NCBI RefSeq assembly: GCF_028641065.1
Contig: NC_073401.1
Location: 1,874,658 to 1,924,000, forward strand
Direction: 5' to 3'
Length of the DNA: 49,343 bases
Source: Leucoraja erinacea
Lineage: Eukaryota
The translations under genes were made by a program, and so were the position numbers. Below, in pieces: positions 11,425 through 23,643 of this stretch; position 1 is the stretch's first letter, and every line of letters begins with the position of its first letter. The notes beneath the pieces are model-generated. The model saw only the letters and a program-made list of their open reading frames with translations. It was not told where the DNA came from and did not search any database.

Positions 11425-11837
11425 AAAAGCAGGTCCCTGAGCGTTTCTGTGGCTAACTCCTGGTGCCATGTGCTGGTGAGGTTAGAAATGTAAAGATAGG
11501 ATAGATGAATGCACAGCTCAGGATTGGTTCAGGGGCCAGAGAATCAGATTTGTAGACCATTATGATCTCTTCAGTGAACAAGCATTTTGTGTATATTGAT
11601 CACAACTCTATAAATTTTAAGATTGTTGTGAACTAAACCCAAAGACGACCTCCACAACCGTCTGTAGCAATGCATTCCACAGATTCAACACACTCTGGCT
11701 CAAGAAATTCCTCATCTCTTTTCTAAAGGCACAATCTTGTATTCAGAGGTTGTTCTCTCTGGACATAGACTGGTGGAAACATCCTCTCCACATCCACTCT
11801 TTCCAGTCCTTTCTTGATCGTGCTTGGTGTCTGAGGA

Positions 11838-12585
11838 TAATAGACAATAGGTGCAGGAGTAGGCCATTCGGCCCTTCGAGCCAGCACCACCATTCTATGT
11901 GATCATGGCTGATCATCCCCAATCAGTACCCCTTCTACCTTCTACCCATATCCCCCGACTGCTATTTTTAAGAGCCCTATCTAGCTCTCTCTTGAAAGAA
12001 TCCAGAGAACCTGCCTCCACTGCCCTCTGAGGCAGAGAATTCCACAGACTCACAACTCTCTGTGAGGAAAAAGTATTTCCTTATCTCCATTCTAAATGGC
12101 TTACACCTTATTCTTAAACTGTGGCCCCTGGTTCTGGACTCCCCCAACATCGGGAACATGTTTCCTGCCTCTAGCGTGTCCAAACCCTTAACAATCTTAC
12201 ATGTTTCAATGAGATCTACTCTCATCCTAAACTCAAGAGTGTACAAGCCCAGCTGCTCCATTATCTCAGCATATGACAGTCCCGCCATGTCCTTTCTCAA
12301 ATTAGGGGACCATAAATGCACACAATACTCCAGTTGTGGTCTCACTAGGGCTCTGTACAACTGCAAAGGACCTCTTTGCTCCTATATTCGATTCCTCATG
12401 TTATAAAGGCCAACATGCCATTCACTTTCTTCACTGCCTGCTGTACCTGCATGCTTACTTTCATAAACTGTTGTATAAGGACCCCCAGATCCCGTTACCT
12501 TTTCCCAACTTGACCTTTTCCCAACTTGATGCCATATAGATAGTAATCTGCCTTCCTGTTTTTGCTACCAAAGTGGATAACCTCA
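11838..12585 (-). mobile_element. CR1 3' fragment (ORF2 C-terminus + 3'UTR), internally deleted
   Basis: QLYRALVRPQLEYCVHLWSP, LGESRTRGHSLRI; tail (CTATTGT). Confidence 0.88.
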
Positions 12586-12737
12586 ACAGGATGTAGGTGA
12601 ATGTGGAGAATTCTAATATGCAAGGCCTGTTCGGATTTAAGAAAGAGGAGAGGTTGAGGCTCTTAAAGAGCATTAAGGTGGATAAATCCCCAGGATCTGG
12701 TGGGATTTATCCCAGATTATTGTGAGAGGCAAGAGGC

Positions 12738-13132
12738 ACACCTCCGGAATCACGGACAGTTTCCCAGCTGTTACCAGGCAACTGACCCATCCTCCCACAA
12801 CGAGAGAGCAGTCATGAACTATCATCTTCCTCATTGGTGACCTTTGGACTATCTTTGATTGGACATTGGTGGACACAAAAAGCTGGAGTAACTCAGCGAG
12901 ACCGGCAGCATCTCTGGAGAGAAGGGATGGGTGACGTTTCGGGTCGAGACCCTTCTTTAGACTTGATTGGACCTTACTGGCTTTACCTTGCACTCAAAGT
13001 TATTTCCCTTATCATGTATCTATACACTGCAAATGGCTCGATTGTAATCGTGTATTGTCTTTCAGCTGACTGGTTGGCACACAACAAAAGCTTTTCACTG
13101 TCCCTCGGTTAACGGGGCAATAAACTAAACTA
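12738..13132 (+). mobile_element. Rex1/Babar 3' fragment containing a PLE terminal repeat (~12870-12963, minus)
   Basis: ...DSFPAVTRQL-like coding end; 3'UTR closely similar to 13540-13812; CAATAAACTAAACT tail. Confidence 0.7.
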
Positions 13133-13311
13133 TGAAGAGATTGCGGGAGCTTTGATGAAGATCTTAGGATGTTTTTTAGCCACAGACGAGGTTCCGGACC
13201 ACTGGAGAGTGGCTAATGTTGGTCCATTATTTAAGAAGGGAAGTAGGCGAATCATGGGAATTATAGGCCAGTGAGCCTCACATCTGCGGTGGGGAAACTA
13301 TTGGAGAGGAT

Positions 13312-13814
13312 TCATTGGGAGGATTCGGCTCCATCCAAATCGGCAAGGAATTGTAGAGAATGGTAGACGTAGCCCAGACCATCACACAAACAAACATACC
13401 TTCCATTGACTCCATTTACACTCCAAGCTGCCTCGACAAGGCCATCAGCACAAGTCTCAACCCTCGTCAGTCCCTCTTCTCCCCTCCCCCCCATCGGGCA
13501 AGAGGCACAGAAGAGTGAAAATGTTTTTTCCAGATTCAGGGACACTTTTTCCCAGCTGTTATCAGGCAACTGGCCCACCCTGTCAACAACTAAAGTGGCC
13601 CTGACCTACTAGCTACGTCATGGTAAACCCTCGGAAAATCTTTAATCGGATCTTACTGGACTTACTGCACTAAATGTTATTCCCTTTATCATGTATCTGT
13701 ACACAGTGGATGTCTCGATTGTAATCATGTATTGTCTTTCCACAGACTGGTTGGCATGCAACAGAAGCTTTTCACTACACCTTGGCATTTGTGACAATAA
13801 ACTAAACTGAACTA
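13312..13814 (+). mobile_element. Rex1/Babar 3' fragment
   Basis: Degenerate DVAQTITQTNIPSIDSIYT and SPLPPIG..RFRDTFS; tail GTGACAATAAACTAAACTGAACT. Confidence 0.75.
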
Positions 13815-13961
13815 GAGTCAGTAATTCATGATGTAGATTTATAGAGCTTTGGTTAGGCTACATTTGGAGTATTGTGTGAAGTTCTGAGTTCTGGTCACCC
13901 CATTAAAGGAAGGATGTGAAGGCTTTGGAAAGAGTGCAGAGGAGGTTTACTAGAATGATAG

Positions 13962-14327
13962 TAGACAATAGACAATAGGTGCAGGAGTAGGCCATTCGGC
14001 CCTTCGAGCCAGCACCGCCATTCAATGTGATCATGGCTGATCATCCACAATCAGTACCCCGTTCCTGCCTTCTCCCCATATCCCCTGACTCTGCTATTTT
14101 TAAGAACCCTATCTAACTCTCTCTTGAAAGCAACCAGAGAACCTGCCTCCACCGCCCTCTGAGGCAAATAAGTCCACAGACTCACAACTCTCTGTGAGAA
14201 AAAGTGTTTCCTCGTCTCCGATCTAAATGGCTTACTCCTTATTCTTAAACTGTGGCCCCTGGTTCTGGACTCACTCAACATCGGGAACATGTTTCCTGCC
14301 TCTAGCGTGTACAAGCCCTTAACAACT
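13962..14327 (-). mobile_element. CR1 3' fragment
   Basis: EAGNMFPMLSESRTRGHSLRIRSKPFRSETRKHFFSQRVV; same subfamily as 11838-12585; AGAATGAT duplicated at the flanks. Confidence 0.88.
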
Positions 14328-14894
14328 TTAACAGAATGATGCCTAGATTAGAGTGGATTGGCTACAGGGAGAGGTTGGACAGACTATGGTTGTTTTCTCT
14401 GGAATGCCAGAAGTTGCGGGGATACCTGATAGACGTATATAAAATGATGAGAGGCGTAGATAGAGGAGACAATGAGAATCTTTATCCCTGGATGAAAAAA
14501 TCAAATACCAGAGGGCATAGCCTGACGGTGAAAGGGCAAAGTTTAAAGGAGATGTGTGGAGCATATCTGGAATGCATTGTCAGGTTGTGATTGAAGTAGA
14601 TATAGTTCTGGTATTTAAAATACTTTTGGATAGGCATATGGCTATGCAGGGAATGGCAAGATATAGGTTGCATGTAGGTAAGTAAGTAAGTAAGTAATGG
14701 TCTTAACATTATATTCAATTCAGATATTGTGGGCTGAAGGGCTTTTTCTTGTGCTGTACTGTTCTATGTCCTATAACAAACTCTGAAACATCACAGATGA
14801 CTCTGGTTCAAGCAAGGAAGTGGCCAGACATTGCCAACTATTGACAATGATAGCCATGCCCTGCTTTGACTAAACATCAGATATGAAATGGTAC

Positions 14895-15240
14895 AAAGAA
14901 CATTCATTCGATCCCTGTACCTTTTCATATCTCGTTTTCCTCTCCCCTGACCCTCAGTCTGAAGAAGGTTCCCGATCCAAAACATAGAAACATAGAAACA
15001 TAGAAATTAGGTGCAGGAGTAGGCCATTCGGCCCTTCGAGCCTGCACTGCAATTCAATATGATCATGGCTGATCATCCAACTCAGCATCCCATACCTGCC
15101 TTCTCTCCATATCCCCTGATCCCCTTAGCCACAAGGGCCACATCTAACTCCCTCTTAAATATAGCGGGAACATCACCTATTCCTTTTCTCCAGAGATGCT
15201 GCCTGGCCTGCTTACTTACTCCAAGTGTTTTATGTGTATG
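14895..15240 (+). mobile_element. PLE terminal repeat interrupted by a CR1 3' end (~14981-15165, minus)
   Basis: ctcagtctgaagaaggttcccgatccaaAACAT | CR1 | AACATcacctattccttttctccagagatgct. Confidence 0.75.
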
Positions 15241-16024
15241 TTCAATTTAAATGACATGCTTATTGAAACCCTAACATCTCACACATTGCTCCCCACTGAA
15301 ATTCAGGAAGGACAATTATTCCATCAACACTTTGGGAGACATTTATTTATAAGGGCCTTTCTGATCAATTTTTCATCTCCGGCAATTGTTCCTTTTCTCC
15401 AGAGATGCCGCCTGAACTGCTGAGTTATTCCAGCATTTTGTGTCCAACTTATTCTACCAACTCCCAATAATACAGTATTCTGAAAGGGATGCCTACCAAC
15501 AAATCCTTGACCAGACCGAGCTAGTTATGTTTCAGCTTGGGATTCAGCAATCTTTCAAAGCCTAACTCTGTGGCCTTTTGCAACATGAAACACCAGTAGA
15601 ATATGTCAAGTAGAATGACAGTTACATAAAGAAGGATTCCATCAATAACCAGCACATGGGTTACTAGGTTATAGTAACATCACAGTACATTACCCAATCA
15701 TTTACCTGGAGACTGTTTCACATTCACCTATCAAGCAATTAAAACTGACAATCTGAAACCAATCACTTACAGAGGAGGTGTTGCTATTGCCATTGAACCA
15801 AAAACAATCCAATTCCGGCAAATAAACACAGGCTCAGGCCTGTTGTCTCAGAATCACAGCCTCCTTTCTTTCAGTGCTTAATCCTTTCTTCCGGTGTTCC
15901 AGAGATAATTAGGGCAGGACTTTTTTCCAAATACATTCAATAACTTGCAGAAAATAGCAAGCATTTTCAGTTTCCTCTCCCCTCCTTGACACGTCAAGTT
16001 GCCAATCCATCACAAACTTCCATA

Positions 16025-16451
16025 AGACAGACACAAAATGCTAGAGTAACATCAGCGGAACAGGCTGCATCTCTGGAGAGAAGGAAAGGGAAGACCCTTC
16101 TTCAGACTGATGCCAGGAGAGTGGGCGATACAGTGATAGAATGCAGTCGGAGACAGTAAGACTGGTGGGAGAACTGGGAATGGGGAGGGGATGGAGCGAG
16201 AGGGAAAGCAAGGGCTGCTTGAAGTTAGAGAAGTCAATGTTCATACCGCTGGTGTAAGCTATGCAAGCGAAATATGAGATGCTGCTCCTCCAATTTATGC
16301 TGGGCCTCACTCTGACAGTGAAGGAGGCCCAGGACAGAAAGGTCAGTGTGGGAATGGGAGGGGGAGTTAAAGTGTTGAACAACCGGGAGATCAGGTAGGT
16401 TTAGGTGGACTGAGCGGAGGTGGACAGCAAAACGATCGCTAAGCCTGCGCT
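16025..16451 (-). mobile_element. Penelope-like element 3' end: GIY-YIG endonuclease C-terminus + terminal repeat
   Basis: Translates RRLSDRFAVHLRSVHLNLPDLPVVQHFNSPSHSHTDLSVLGLLHCQSEAQHKLEEQHLIFRLHSLH/SGMNIDFSNFK (R..H helix, catalytic E, GxN end), followed by the terminal repeat. Confidence 0.85.
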
Positions 16452-18035
16452 GAAATAAAAAGTCTACTAGATTTTCCTAGCAACTGTTGTCTCCCATTCA
16501 TTTGAGTGGTGTCTGCTGTGCTTGCCTCAGGTATGAACTGACGCTGACATCTGGGTCAATTCTTCAGCTGGAGATCTCAACCCGAAACATCACCCATTCC
16601 TTCTCTCCAGAAATGCTGCCTGACCCGCTGAGTTTTTGTGTCTATCTTGGGTTTAAACCAGCATCTGCAGCTCCTTCAAATCACAATCTTCCATAACACA
16701 ATTACACACATCCCAGCAGGACAACATAAATATAATTAATGCTCAAATTAATGTGCAAGATATTGAACTGGAACTTCCTGGCAGTACACTCCTTGCGTGC
16801 CTCTGCTTTAAATCTGATTGAATAGATAATGGCGCAAACCCCAATGTGTTCACAATTTCAAAGCGTGGGTGTTTCTGGGTACAATCAGAATGGCAGTTGG
16901 ACCTGATCATGTCCCACCCACAAACATACTGAGCCATGCTCCAGACATACCAAACCTTCAAAAAATAATCACAAAATTAGTACACTATAACAACTACATT
17001 TATTAATCTCTATCTGTTCAAAGTTTGTAAATTACATCAAGACTCCGCATCTTATCATGGGCTTTCTATTCCGTTTGAAGGAAAGAGGTGATGGAACTTC
17101 TTAAGAAACCCTAATGTCCTCCATGTCTTCAACATGGAGATCCAGTCAAAAGGTGTGAGCTGACAAAAAGTGTTGGACCTCTGCACATGCATGCGTTTGG
17201 ACAGCAGTCCCGAGCTTCATGGCACACAAGGAAATACCGGCAATTCTGCAATGGCATTGTATTATCATTTGATTCCTAAACTTGCTAATTATCAATTCCT
17301 TTCTGTCATTTTAATGGAAACTGCCAGAAAGCTATTAAATAAATTGCACGGGGAAATTCAATCAGGACCCACTCATACACTCCCTATCTCGCAGTTAACT
17401 TTCAAGATGATGTCATAAAATGTCAAACATAATAATTATGATGGGAAAGTTTAACAGTCCAAGCAGTTGAACACCAATAATTTAGAGTCAGTGTGTCGTA
17501 CTGCATAGAAACAGGCCCTTTGGCCCTCCCAGTCTATGCCAACTATCAAGTACCTATCGATATTCTTCATAAATGTACCTGCAGTTCATCACAGCACAGT
17601 TTCAGGGGTTGGATAAGGGTTTATATGGAAAGTTAGATCGCATGGGATCCAGGGACAGCTTGCCGACTGGATAGAGAATTGGCTTTGAGTCATAGAGTCA
17701 GAGTCATAGAGTGATACAGTGTGGAAACAGTCCCCTCGGCCCAACACGCCCACACGACGGTGCCAACCATGTCCCAGATACACTAGTCCCACCTGCCTGC
17801 ACCTGCCCCATATTCCTCCAAACCTGTCCTATCCATGTACCTGTCTAACTGTTTATTAAACGTTGGGACAGTCCCAGCCTGAACGACCTCCTCTGGCAGC
17901 TATTTGGAAAGAAGCAGAGGCTGATGGTGGGAGATCGTGTTTTTGGACTGGAGGTCTGTGACTAGTGGTGTGCTTCAGGGATCGGTGCTGGGCCCTTTGC
18001 TATTGTAGTTTTATCAATGATTTGGATGAGAATGT

Positions 18036-18380
18036 CGCAGGAGGTTCGACTAGCCTCGACCCGTGGTCCGATCACCCCCCGTGATGCGGGAGCTTGATCG
18101 CCCCGACATAGAGGGCTCGACCGCCTGCTGTGGGAGCCAAAATCGCCCCGACAACGGAAGGTCAAGTGTCCCGACCGCGGGAGAACAAAGAAGGGAAGAA
18201 GATTGAGATTTTTTTGCCTTCCATCACAGTGAGGAATGTGGGGGAGTTGCTGTGGTGGATGTTCATGTTAAAATGTATTTGGGTGACTTGTTGCTCTTTA
18301 TTGGCATGACTGTATGGGAAATCAAATTCCTCGTACGTTACAAAACATACTTGGCTAAATAAGTATGATTATGAATATGA
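18036..18380 (+). mobile_element. GC-rich non-autonomous retroposon, copy C (5'-truncated)
   Basis: Core GCCTTCCATCACAG...CTGTGGTGGATGTT; tail CAAATTCCTCGTA..ACATACTTGGCTAAATAA then (ATGATT)n. Confidence 0.7.
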
Positions 18381-18748
18381 TCGGCGGTCACTCAAAATGA
18401 GTATGACTGCTCTCCATAGGGTCGTCTACTTGTGGGTCTGTAGATGTCTGTAGAGGCTGATCCGTGATCCACGCACCTTGGAGCAACGTGGGCAGTGGAG
18501 ACTGGCAGTGGTTGGTAATCATCAAGCCCCCTTCTCTCTCCGTTCGACTGTTGAACTATCAAATGGGCATAGTTCCATTTCATGACATCCAGCTCCTTCC
18601 TGCACGGATTTCCTCCAGGAGCGCCTGTCCAGTGCAATTTGCTCCCAGTTGCTCGATGTGATGTGGAAATTCTACAAACTGTTCTTGATGTTGAAGCGTT
18701 TCTCTGGCCCGCCGGCGGCTCGCCGACCTTCCTTCAGCTGAGAACGAT
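18381..18748 (-). mobile_element. RTE (BovB-like) LINE 3' fragment
   Basis: SQLKEGRRAAGGPEKRF..NWEQIALDRRSWRKSVQEGA..HCPRCSKVRGSRISLYRHLQTHK*; inserted in the (ATGATT)n tail of copy C. Confidence 0.8.
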
Positions 18749-19870
18749 TATGATTATGATTATGGCAAGGCATGGTCAGTAAGTTGGCAGATGACACTAA
18801 AGTGGGCGGTACCATTACTCGCGAAAATTATGTATCTAAACTTACAGCAGGTTCTTGAACAGTTGGGCAAGTGGGCTGCGGAATGGCTAATACAATTCAC
18901 TGTAGATAAGTGTGTGGTGTGGGGTCAAACTAGTGTTGGACTTCACAGTGAATGGCATGGCCCTGGGGAATATTGCAGAGCAGGGGGATCCAGGAGCACA
19001 AGTACATCGTTCTTTGAAAGTGGCGTCACAGGTAGATAGGGTGGTCAAGAAGGCTTTTGGTACGTTGGCAGGGTGTTGAGTAGAGAAGTCAGGACGTCAT
19101 GTAACAGATATACAAGGCGTTGGTGAGGCATCATTTGGAGTATTGTACTACCCTTCTATGGGAAGGATGTTGGTGAGAAGATTTACAAAGATGTTGCCAG
19201 GACTTGAGGATCTGAGCTACAGGGCGTGGTTGGGCTGGCTGGGATATTATTCCTTGCAGTACAAAAGGATGAAGGATCTTTAGCTTAGTTTACAGATACA
19301 GCATGGGAACAGGACCTTTGGCCTACCGAGTCGATGCTGACCATTGATCACCCACTAACACTAGTTCCAGGTGTTTCTCAACCACTCCCTACACACTAAA
19401 GGGTCTAAATATCTCCATCCAACCCAGTCCTCAAGCATCGCATGACCTCACTTTCCCCCAGATATTAAGGCATAATAATAAAAATCTGGAAATCAGTAGA
19501 TGATTTCTTCCTTGCCTCTTGGCAATTTATTTTTCTCATAAGGTATTACAAAGTTGAAAACCGGTTATGGTCTATAAATGAAACATTTGACCTAACAAGT
19601 CAATGCCTGCATTTATGCTCCACACCATCTTCGAACCACTCCAATCAATTTATCTTGTGATTGCTTTTTATTTTGAATACATATTTAACTTCTCCTTGAG
19701 GGCAGCTGTGATCTTCACATCATCTGCTCCTGGTGTCATTAAATTGCATTTTCTGATGTAAGCTTTTCAGAGCTTCATTTCATAAGTGTGAGACAAATGG
19801 ATCAAGACTCTGCTGTGCGATGAACGGAATGAATGTGTTAGCATGTTCACTGTAAATAACTTTATCTGCT

Positions 19871-20110
19871 TTTTGTTTGGTTTAGATATACGCGTGGAAA
19901 CAAGCCTCTCGGTCCACCAAGTCCACGTCGACCATCGCTCATATGATTTACCCGTACACTATGTTCTGTGTCCTGCTCAAAAAAGGGCATTTTACAGAAG
20001 CCAATTAACCTACAAACCACATCTTTGGAATGTGGGGGGAAACCAAGCCATCCGCAGAAAACCTATACATTTACTGGGAGAAGGTACAAACTCCAGACAG
20101 ACTGCATACA
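19871..20110 (-). mobile_element. Degenerate V-SINE
   Basis: V-domain (GGAGTTTGTACCTTCTCCC) and CR1-like tail. Confidence 0.7.
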
Positions 20111-20428
20111 GAAACAGTTCTACCACAATTGCCACCACGATTTGGCAAGATCTTAATGTGTAAGAATTACAAAATAGGTTAACACGTATCCTTACAGTGT
20201 TCTAAGAAATTAGTTATTAATATCCTACTAACGCTAGCCTGTGTATTGCCATCACACTAGATTAACAATTCAAACGCCAAGGGTTCACACACTATCGTGG
20301 CAAGCAATGTTTGAAAATTTCAATAAAGATGTTATTTCTGAGTTTGGAACAGAAAACAAAGGTCTTGGCTGCTGTTGAAAACCTATCATATTTTACCATT
20401 GAATACTGAAACCTATCTGTAACCTATC

Positions 20429-21852
20429 AATTATAGACCTGTTAGTTTGATGTCAGTGGTGGGCAATTTAATGGAAAGGATACTTAGAGATAATATATAT
20501 AAGCATCTGGATAAACAGGGTCTGATTAGGAACAGTCAACATGGATTTGTACCTGGAAGGTCATGTTTGACTAATCTTCTTGAATTTTTTGAAGAGGTTA
20601 CTCGGGAAATTGATGAGGGTAAAGCAGTGGATGTTGTATATATGGACTTTAGTAAGGCCTTTGACAAGGTTCCTCACGGAAGGTTGGTTAAGAAGGTTCA
20701 ATGTTGGGGTAATAATGGGTGTGGAGTGGAGTAGCAAGATGGATTCAAACAGTGGCTGAATGGGAGATGCCCAGAGAGTAATGGTGGATGGTTGTTTGTC
20801 AGGTTGGAGGCCATGACGAGTGGGGTGCCACAGGGATCTGTGTTGGGTCCACTGTTGTTTTGTCATGTACATCAATGATCTGGATGATGGTGTGGTAAAT
20901 TGTTGCGCTTCGTTAGTAAGTATGCAGATGATACAAGATAGGTGGGGTTTGTGGATAATGAAGTAGAGTTTTCAAAGTCTACAGAGAGATTTATGCCAGT
21001 TGGAAGAGTGGGCCTGAAAGATGGCAGATGGAGTTTAATGCTGATAAGTGTGAGGTGCTACATCTTGGCAGGACAAATCAAAATAGGACGTACATGGTAA
21101 ATGGTAGGGAATTGAAGAATGCAGGTGAACAGAGGGATCTGGGAATAACTGTGCACAGTTCCCTGAAAGTGGAATCTCATGTAGATAGGGTAGTAAAGAA
21201 AACTTTTGGTGTGCTGGCCTTTATAAATCAGAGCATTGAGTATAGAAGTTGGGATGTAATGTTAAAATTGTACAAGCATTGGTGAGGCTAATTTTGGAGT
21301 ATGGTGTACAATTTTGGTCGCCTAATTATAGGAAGGGTTTCAACAAAATAGAGAGAGTACAGAGGAGATTTACTAGAATGTTGCCTGGGTTTCAGCAACT
21401 AAGTTACAGAGAAAGGTTGAACAAGTTAGGGCTTTATTCTTTGGAGCGCGGAAGGTTAAGGGGGGACTTGATAGAAGTCTTTAAAATTATGAGAGGGATA
21501 GACAGAGTTGACGTGGATAAGCTTTTCCCACTGAGAGTAGGGAAGATTCAAACAAGGGGACATGACTTGAGAATTAAGGGACAGAAGTTTAGGGGTAACA
21601 TGAGGGGGAACTTCTTTCCTCAGAGAGTGGTGGCTGTGTGGAATGAGCTTCCAGTGAAGGTGGTGGAGGCAGGTTCGTTTTTATCATTTAAAAATAAATT
21701 GGATAGTTATATGGACGAGAAAGGAATGGAGGGTTATGGTCTGAGCGCAGGTAGATGGGACTGGGGGAGAATATGTGTTCGGCACGGACTAGAAGGGTCG
21801 AGATGGCCTGTTTCCGTGCTGTAATTGTTATATGGTTATATGGTTATATGGT
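20429..21852 (+). mobile_element. Young 5'-truncated CR1 LINE (RT and C-terminus, frameshifted)
   Basis: NYRPVSLMSVVG, QHGFVPGRSCLTNLLEFFEEVT, VYMDFSKAFDKVPH, SGVPQGSVLGP, SKYADDT, LEYGVQFWSP; tail (GGTTATAT)n. Confidence 0.95.
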
Positions 21853-22011
21853 AACACTATTCAAGGCAGCTGTAGTTAACATCACAATACTAACACAAGG
21901 ACATCAGAACCTTTAGGAATATTGAAAGGTAATTTGGCTCTAGACACTATTGTTGTTGATAGATCAACAGGCAAACAGCAGAAGTGGTGTTCACCAAGCT
22001 ACAGAATGGTT

Positions 22012-22108
22012 AGACTGTGGAAGGGTCTCAACCCAAAACGTCACCTATTCCTTCTCTCCAGAGATGCTGCCTACCCCGCTGAGTTACTCCAGCATTTTGT
22101 CTCTATCT
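22012..22108 (+). mobile_element. PLE terminal repeat flanked by a ~44-bp duplication
   Basis: aagggtctcaacccaaaacgtcacc...ccagcattttgt; flanks 21968-22011 and 22109-22152 are imperfect copies. Confidence 0.75.
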
Positions 22109-22308
22109 CAGACAAACAACAAGAGTGGTGTCTACCACGCTACAGAATGGTTGGAATGAGCCACCAAGGTGACAGCCTTCAGCTATGTGGGAAGAGGAGA
22201 AAGACTAAAAATGACAACATATTTGAACTAGTCCGATGAACAACCCAGTGTCCTGGCAACTATTAGTCCAATTAATACCATGGAAAGTTGATTACCTGTC
22301 AAAATCAT

Positions 22309-22500
22309 GCGTAGGAAGGAACTGCAGATGCTGGTTTACACCAGATATAGACACAAAATGCTGGAGTAACTCAGCAGGTCGGGCAGCATCTCCGGAGACA
22401 AGGAACGGAGGACGTTTCGGGTCGTGACCCTTCTTCAGACTGAGGGACTCAGAGATGCCGCCTGTCCCGTTGAGTTACTCCAGCATTTTGTGTTTATCAC
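22309..22500. mobile_element. Inverted pair of PLE terminal repeats with intact hammerhead-like core (22411-22438, minus)
   Basis: Minus strand CTGAAGA-A-GGGTC-AC-GACCC-GAAA-CGTC; acacaaaatgctggagtaactca and tgagttactccagcattttgtgt form inverted arms. Confidence 0.8.
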
Positions 22501-22874
22501 CTTGGTTATGGAACAGCTGATTCTCGAGAGTGATTAAACATTCTTAAAGTAATCCACTACTGTCAAGTAGTCTGGGGCAATATGAGGCTATGAAAGGAGA
22601 TATGTAAATGTAGATGGAGAAATAAGAAGCTGCAGATGGTGGAATCTTGAGCAAAACACTAAGTGTGATGTAACTCAAAGGGTTAGGCAGCATCCGTGGA
22701 GGAAGTGGAGAGATGATTCAGATTGAAGAGTCTATTCCCCCCACAGATGCTGTGTACTTCCTGACCCACTGATTTCCTCCAGCACTTTGTGCAATTGTGT
22801 ATATAAATATAGGGTGTTGTGTTCTTCATGAGCCACCTTGCAACCAAGTTTTTGCCCACCTCCTATTGCCTCCA

Positions 22875-23062
22875 AAGAAAGACACAAAATGCTGGAGACT
22901 GGCAGCGTCTCTGGATAGAAGATTTGGGTCAGTCTGAAGAAAGGTCTCGACCCGAAACGTCACCCATTCGTTCGCTCGAGATGCTGCCTGTCACACTAAG
23001 TTACTCCAGCATTTTGTATCTATCTTCGGTGTAAACCAGCATCTGCAGTTCCTTCCTACACA
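22875..23062 (+). mobile_element. PLE terminal repeat with short inverted 5' copy
   Basis: Core at 22934-22961; CTCCTATTGCCT duplicated on both flanks. Confidence 0.8.
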
Positions 23063-23160
23063 CTCCTATTGCCTGTTGATTCAGGGAATTATATAGATTA
23101 CTAGGCCAAGTGGGACCAGTTGGGTCCCGTCCCCTCAACACGCGGTTGTGGGGAGAGAGG

Positions 23161-23434
23161 NNNNNNNNNNNNNNNNNNNNNNNNNNNNNNNNNNNNNNNN
23201 NNNNNNNNNNNNNNNNNNNNNNNNNNNNNNNNNNNNNNNNNNNNNNNNNNNNNNNNNNNNNNNNNNNNNNNNNNNNNNNNNNNNNNNNNNNNNNNNNNNN
23301 NNNNNNNNNNNNNNNNNNNNNNNNNNNNNNNNNNNNNNNNNNNNNNNNNNNNNNNNNNNNNNNNNNNNNNNNNNNNNNNNNNNNNNNNNNNNNNNNNNNN
23401 NNNNNNNNNNNNNNNNNNNNNNNNNNNNNNNNNN
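23161..23434. other. Assembly gap (274 N)
   Basis: Run of N. Confidence 1.
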
Positions 23435-23446
23435 CCCCCCCCCCCC

Positions 23447-23455
23447 CACACCACA

Positions 23456-23544
<89 letters not shown>

Positions 23545-23643
23545 CACCCTGCCCCCACCCCCCCACAACACAACACCCACACACAGTAACACAACACCAC
23601 CTCAAGTAGTCCCCCTCCCCCCCCCCCCCCCACACACACACAC
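23447..23643. repeat. (CA)n microsatellite and C-rich low complexity
   Basis: Directly visible. Confidence 0.97.

Larger units (their letters stand above)
9180..11575 (+). pseudogene. CR1 5' region and ORF1 remnant (zinc-finger/coiled coil + SGNH esterase), split by three insertions
   Basis: Rejoined reading: VPEDYTCSK..AQLQFPKDHVKKL...IDKSYSEVVMP; IVIGDSPV|RGTDRRFSGSKRDSRVMCCL; VVVHLGTNDIG (GDS and GTND esterase blocks). Confidence 0.8.
12590..14775 (+). mobile_element. Old CR1 ORF2/3'UTR host with nested Rex1, PLE and CR1 insertions
   Basis: KVDKSPG..GIYPRLL; WRVANVGPLFKKG..GNYRPVSLTSAVGKLLERI; LVRLHLEYCV; LERVQRRFTRM; 3'UTR ending ctgtactgttctatg. Confidence 0.8.
17600..19280 (+). mobile_element. 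Old CR1 RT remnant hosting CR1 (~17687-17900), retroposon copy C and RTE insertions
   Basis: KVRSHGIQGQLADWIENWL; VTSGV.QGSVLGPL; INDLD; SKLADDT; LVRHHLEYC. Confidence 0.8.
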
